Shown: positions 63,301-64,000 of the stretch, in pieces
How the letters are laid out: every line of letters starts with the position of its first letter
How positions within the stretch are numbered: the stretch's first letter is position 1
DNA from: Actinomycetes bacterium
GTDB lineage: Bacteria > Actinomycetota > Acidimicrobiia > Acidimicrobiales > Bog-793
Assembly (NCBI GenBank): GCA_021798745.1
Contig: JAJZBW010000001.1
Coordinates: 1,188 to 65,187 of the forward strand
Length of the DNA stretch: 64,000 nt
Reading direction: 5' to 3'
Notes under the pieces: generated by a model
What the model saw: the letters and a program-made list of their open reading frames with translations, nothing else
What the model was told of the DNA's origin: nothing
The model's database searches: none
Made by a program: the position numbers and the translations under genes

Positions 63301-63319
63301 GTGGCACGCTCGTGGCACG
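63301..63319. promoter_or_regulatory. Two further GTGGCACG motifs (11-nt spacing) between the integrase stub and tRNA-Phe
   Basis: GTGGCACGCTCGTGGCACG was read directly from the sequence, 60-80 nt from the tRNA 3' end. Confidence 0.35.
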
Positions 63320-63379
63320 CCGATCGGGGCTCGACGGGGGTCCTCGCGGGAACACCCCGCCTGAGCTGGGGAGATTCGG

Positions 63380-63452
63380 TGGTCGGGACCGGCGTCGATC
63401 CGGTGACCTCGCGCTTTTCAGGCGCGCGCTCTGCCAACTGAGCTACCCGACC
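63380..63452 (-). tRNA. tRNA-Phe (anticodon GAA)
   Basis: The reverse complement is GGTCGGGTAGCTCAGTTGGCAGAGCGCGCGCCTGAAAAGCGCGAGGTCACCGGATCGACGCCGGTCCCGACCA, which folds as a cloverleaf. The anticodon loop is CTGAAAA. Only the CC of CCA is encoded. Confidence 0.93.
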
Positions 63453-63531
63453 TCGCCGGCTACCGCCGACCGACCGAATATACGAGCCGGAGACGGAACT
63501 CGCGGCACGCCGGCCGGCCGGCGCTCGCCGG

Positions 63532-63609
63532 TGGCGGACCTGACGGGATTTGAACCCGCGACCTCCGGCTTGACAGGCCGGCGTGCACTCCGAGCTGCAC
63601 CACAGGTCC
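63532..63609 (-). tRNA. tRNA-Asp (anticodon GTC), CCA encoded
   Basis: The reverse complement is GGACCTGTGGTGCAGCTCGGAGTGCACGCCGGCCTGTCAAGCCGGAGGTCGCGGGTTCAAATCCCGTCAGGTCCGCCA. The anticodon loop is CTGTCAA. Confidence 0.93.
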
Positions 63610-63801
63610 TCGCAGGGGCCGACGTCCACGCGGCGCCCGTCGGCGCGACACCGGCCCGGTGAGGCGACCACGGATACTAGGCGATCGACGGCCGAGCCGT
63701 GACCAGGGACGCTGCCGACGACGCGCTCCGGCGTCGGCCCCGGGTCGCTGCGGAGCGTCTCCGCTACGATCGTCCGGAGCGGCGGGCACCCGCGCGGTCC
63801 G

Positions 63802-63874
63802 CACCCCCAACGGGATTCGAACCCGTGTTACCGCCTTGAAAGGGCGGCGTCCTCGGCCGCTGGACGATGGGGGC
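63802..63874 (-). tRNA. tRNA-Glu (anticodon TTC)
   Basis: The reverse complement is GCCCCCATCGTCCAGCGGCCGAGGACGCCGCCCTTTCAAGGCGGTAACACGGGTTCGAATCCCGTTGGGGGTG. The anticodon loop is CTTTCAA. The first acceptor pair is G1-U72, and no CCA is encoded. Confidence 0.88.
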
Positions 63875-64000
63875 TCGGGGCGCGCCCGGAGCCCGACACT
63901 ACCAGCGGCGCGATCGGCGACCGCCGGGAACGCGAGGAGGACACGTGACGGTCGACTCGACGCGCCAAGGAGACGGGGAGGCGCGCGGCGCCCCGCAGGA

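Larger units (their letters stand above)
61829..63416. mobile_element. Decayed tRNA-Phe-associated integrative element (about 1.6 kb relic) bounded by 40-nt direct repeats
   Basis: The flanking repeats are derived from the tRNA 3' end. Inside lie an integrase C-terminal stub, IS21 fragments, a MerR-like HTH gene and repeated GTGGCACG motifs. Confidence 0.7.

Noticed and set aside
63945-64000. A possible CDS start (GTG at about 63945 after GAGGAGG) at the right edge.
   Set aside because: Only about 18 codons are visible (VTVDSTRQGDGEARGAPQ...), which is too short to support a call.

Overview
This is a very GC-rich chromosomal segment; I judged GC by eye and did not compute it. The gene content looks Actinomycetota-like: a gluT-aspT-pheU-type tRNA cluster, a DevR-like regulator, many GTG starts and many 4-nt ATGA/GTGA gene overlaps. 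Layout from left to right follows. (1) A partial IS21-family element (istA plus the istB 5' end) sits at the left edge. (2) A Cys-repeat lipoprotein lies divergent from a NarL-type two-component system. (3) About 3 kb of patchy or decayed sequence follows, holding orphan ORFs and a histidine-kinase relic. (4) A ClC channel, an APC permease, a methyltransferase/LysR pair and cutA come next. (5) A seven-gene module pairs an OmpR-type HK/RR with a translationally coupled operon: lipoprotein, peptidoglycan-binding adaptor, ABC ATPase, FtsX/MacB permease. (6) A Kelch protein and a membrane protein follow. (7) A DevS/DevR-like GAF kinase and regulator sit next to a universal stress protein. (8) The main feature is a complete, secretin-less type IV pilus locus at about 26.9-42.8 kb. 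It encodes a PilU-like ATPase, PilD, a long PilB, an N-terminally extended PilT, PilC, a PilM-PilN fusion, PilO, two very large modular minor pilins, a 792-aa Cys-rich PilX-like protein and PilA. (9) An O-antigen-ligase-like/TPR gene and a glycan-assembly cluster lie directly beside pilA, so pilin glycosylation is a hypothesis. (10) Housekeeping and metabolic genes follow: PHP phosphoesterase, purF, DUF3048, an MprF-like protein, LOG, a decarboxylase plus FAD oxidoreductase, and an MFS transporter. (11) A roughly 1.6-kb decayed integrative-element relic is bounded by a 40-nt duplication of the tRNA-Phe 3' end. It contains an integrase 3' stub, IS21 fragments, a MerR-like gene and repeated GTGGCACG motifs. 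It lies next to tRNA-Phe, tRNA-Asp and tRNA-Glu. Gene starts were chosen from the ORF track plus local start-codon, RBS and overlap context. No database searches were run, so all family calls rest on motifs I recognise by eye.
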